64,000 nt of DNA from Octopus bimaculoides (taxonomy: Eukaryota). The translations under genes were made by a program, and so were the position numbers. The notes under the pieces are model-generated. The model ran no database searches and had not been told where the DNA came from. It saw nothing but the letters and a program-made list of their open reading frames with translations. Location of the stretch: positions 94,160,913-94,224,912 of the forward strand of contig NC_068990.1 in the NCBI RefSeq assembly GCF_001194135.2. The letters run 5' to 3'. Shown here piece by piece: positions 63,945-64,000 of the stretch (positions are counted from its first letter, which is position 1; each line of letters starts with the position of its first letter).

Positions 63945-64000
<56 letters not shown>

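Overview
Eukaryotic, AT-rich, repeat-dominated intronic or intergenic DNA from a gapped short-read assembly (7 N-gaps, mostly beside microsatellites or SINE/RTE repeats). The repeat families (RTE LINE 3' ends with (GAT)n tails, composite tRNA-head SINEs with internal microsatellites) match those I recall from Octopus genomes; the species assignment is inference. No intact protein-coding gene, rRNA, true tRNA or CRISPR array can be supported. Content: about 10 RTE fragments (two nearly identical and therefore young), Tx1/L1, CR1-like and Gypsy relics, four mariner pseudogenes, piggyBac relics, piggyBac/mariner/hAT MITEs, many SINEs, three minisatellites and a few unconfirmed minus-strand exon candidates. 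The most notable result is a ~440-nt retrozyme-like element at ~1150-1590. It has ~100-nt direct repeats 314 nt apart flanking a CpG-decayed type I hammerhead ribozyme with Schistosoma-like geometry. A second, Penelope-like repeat family (two copies, ~12280 and ~38530) also carries a decayed hammerhead-like core.
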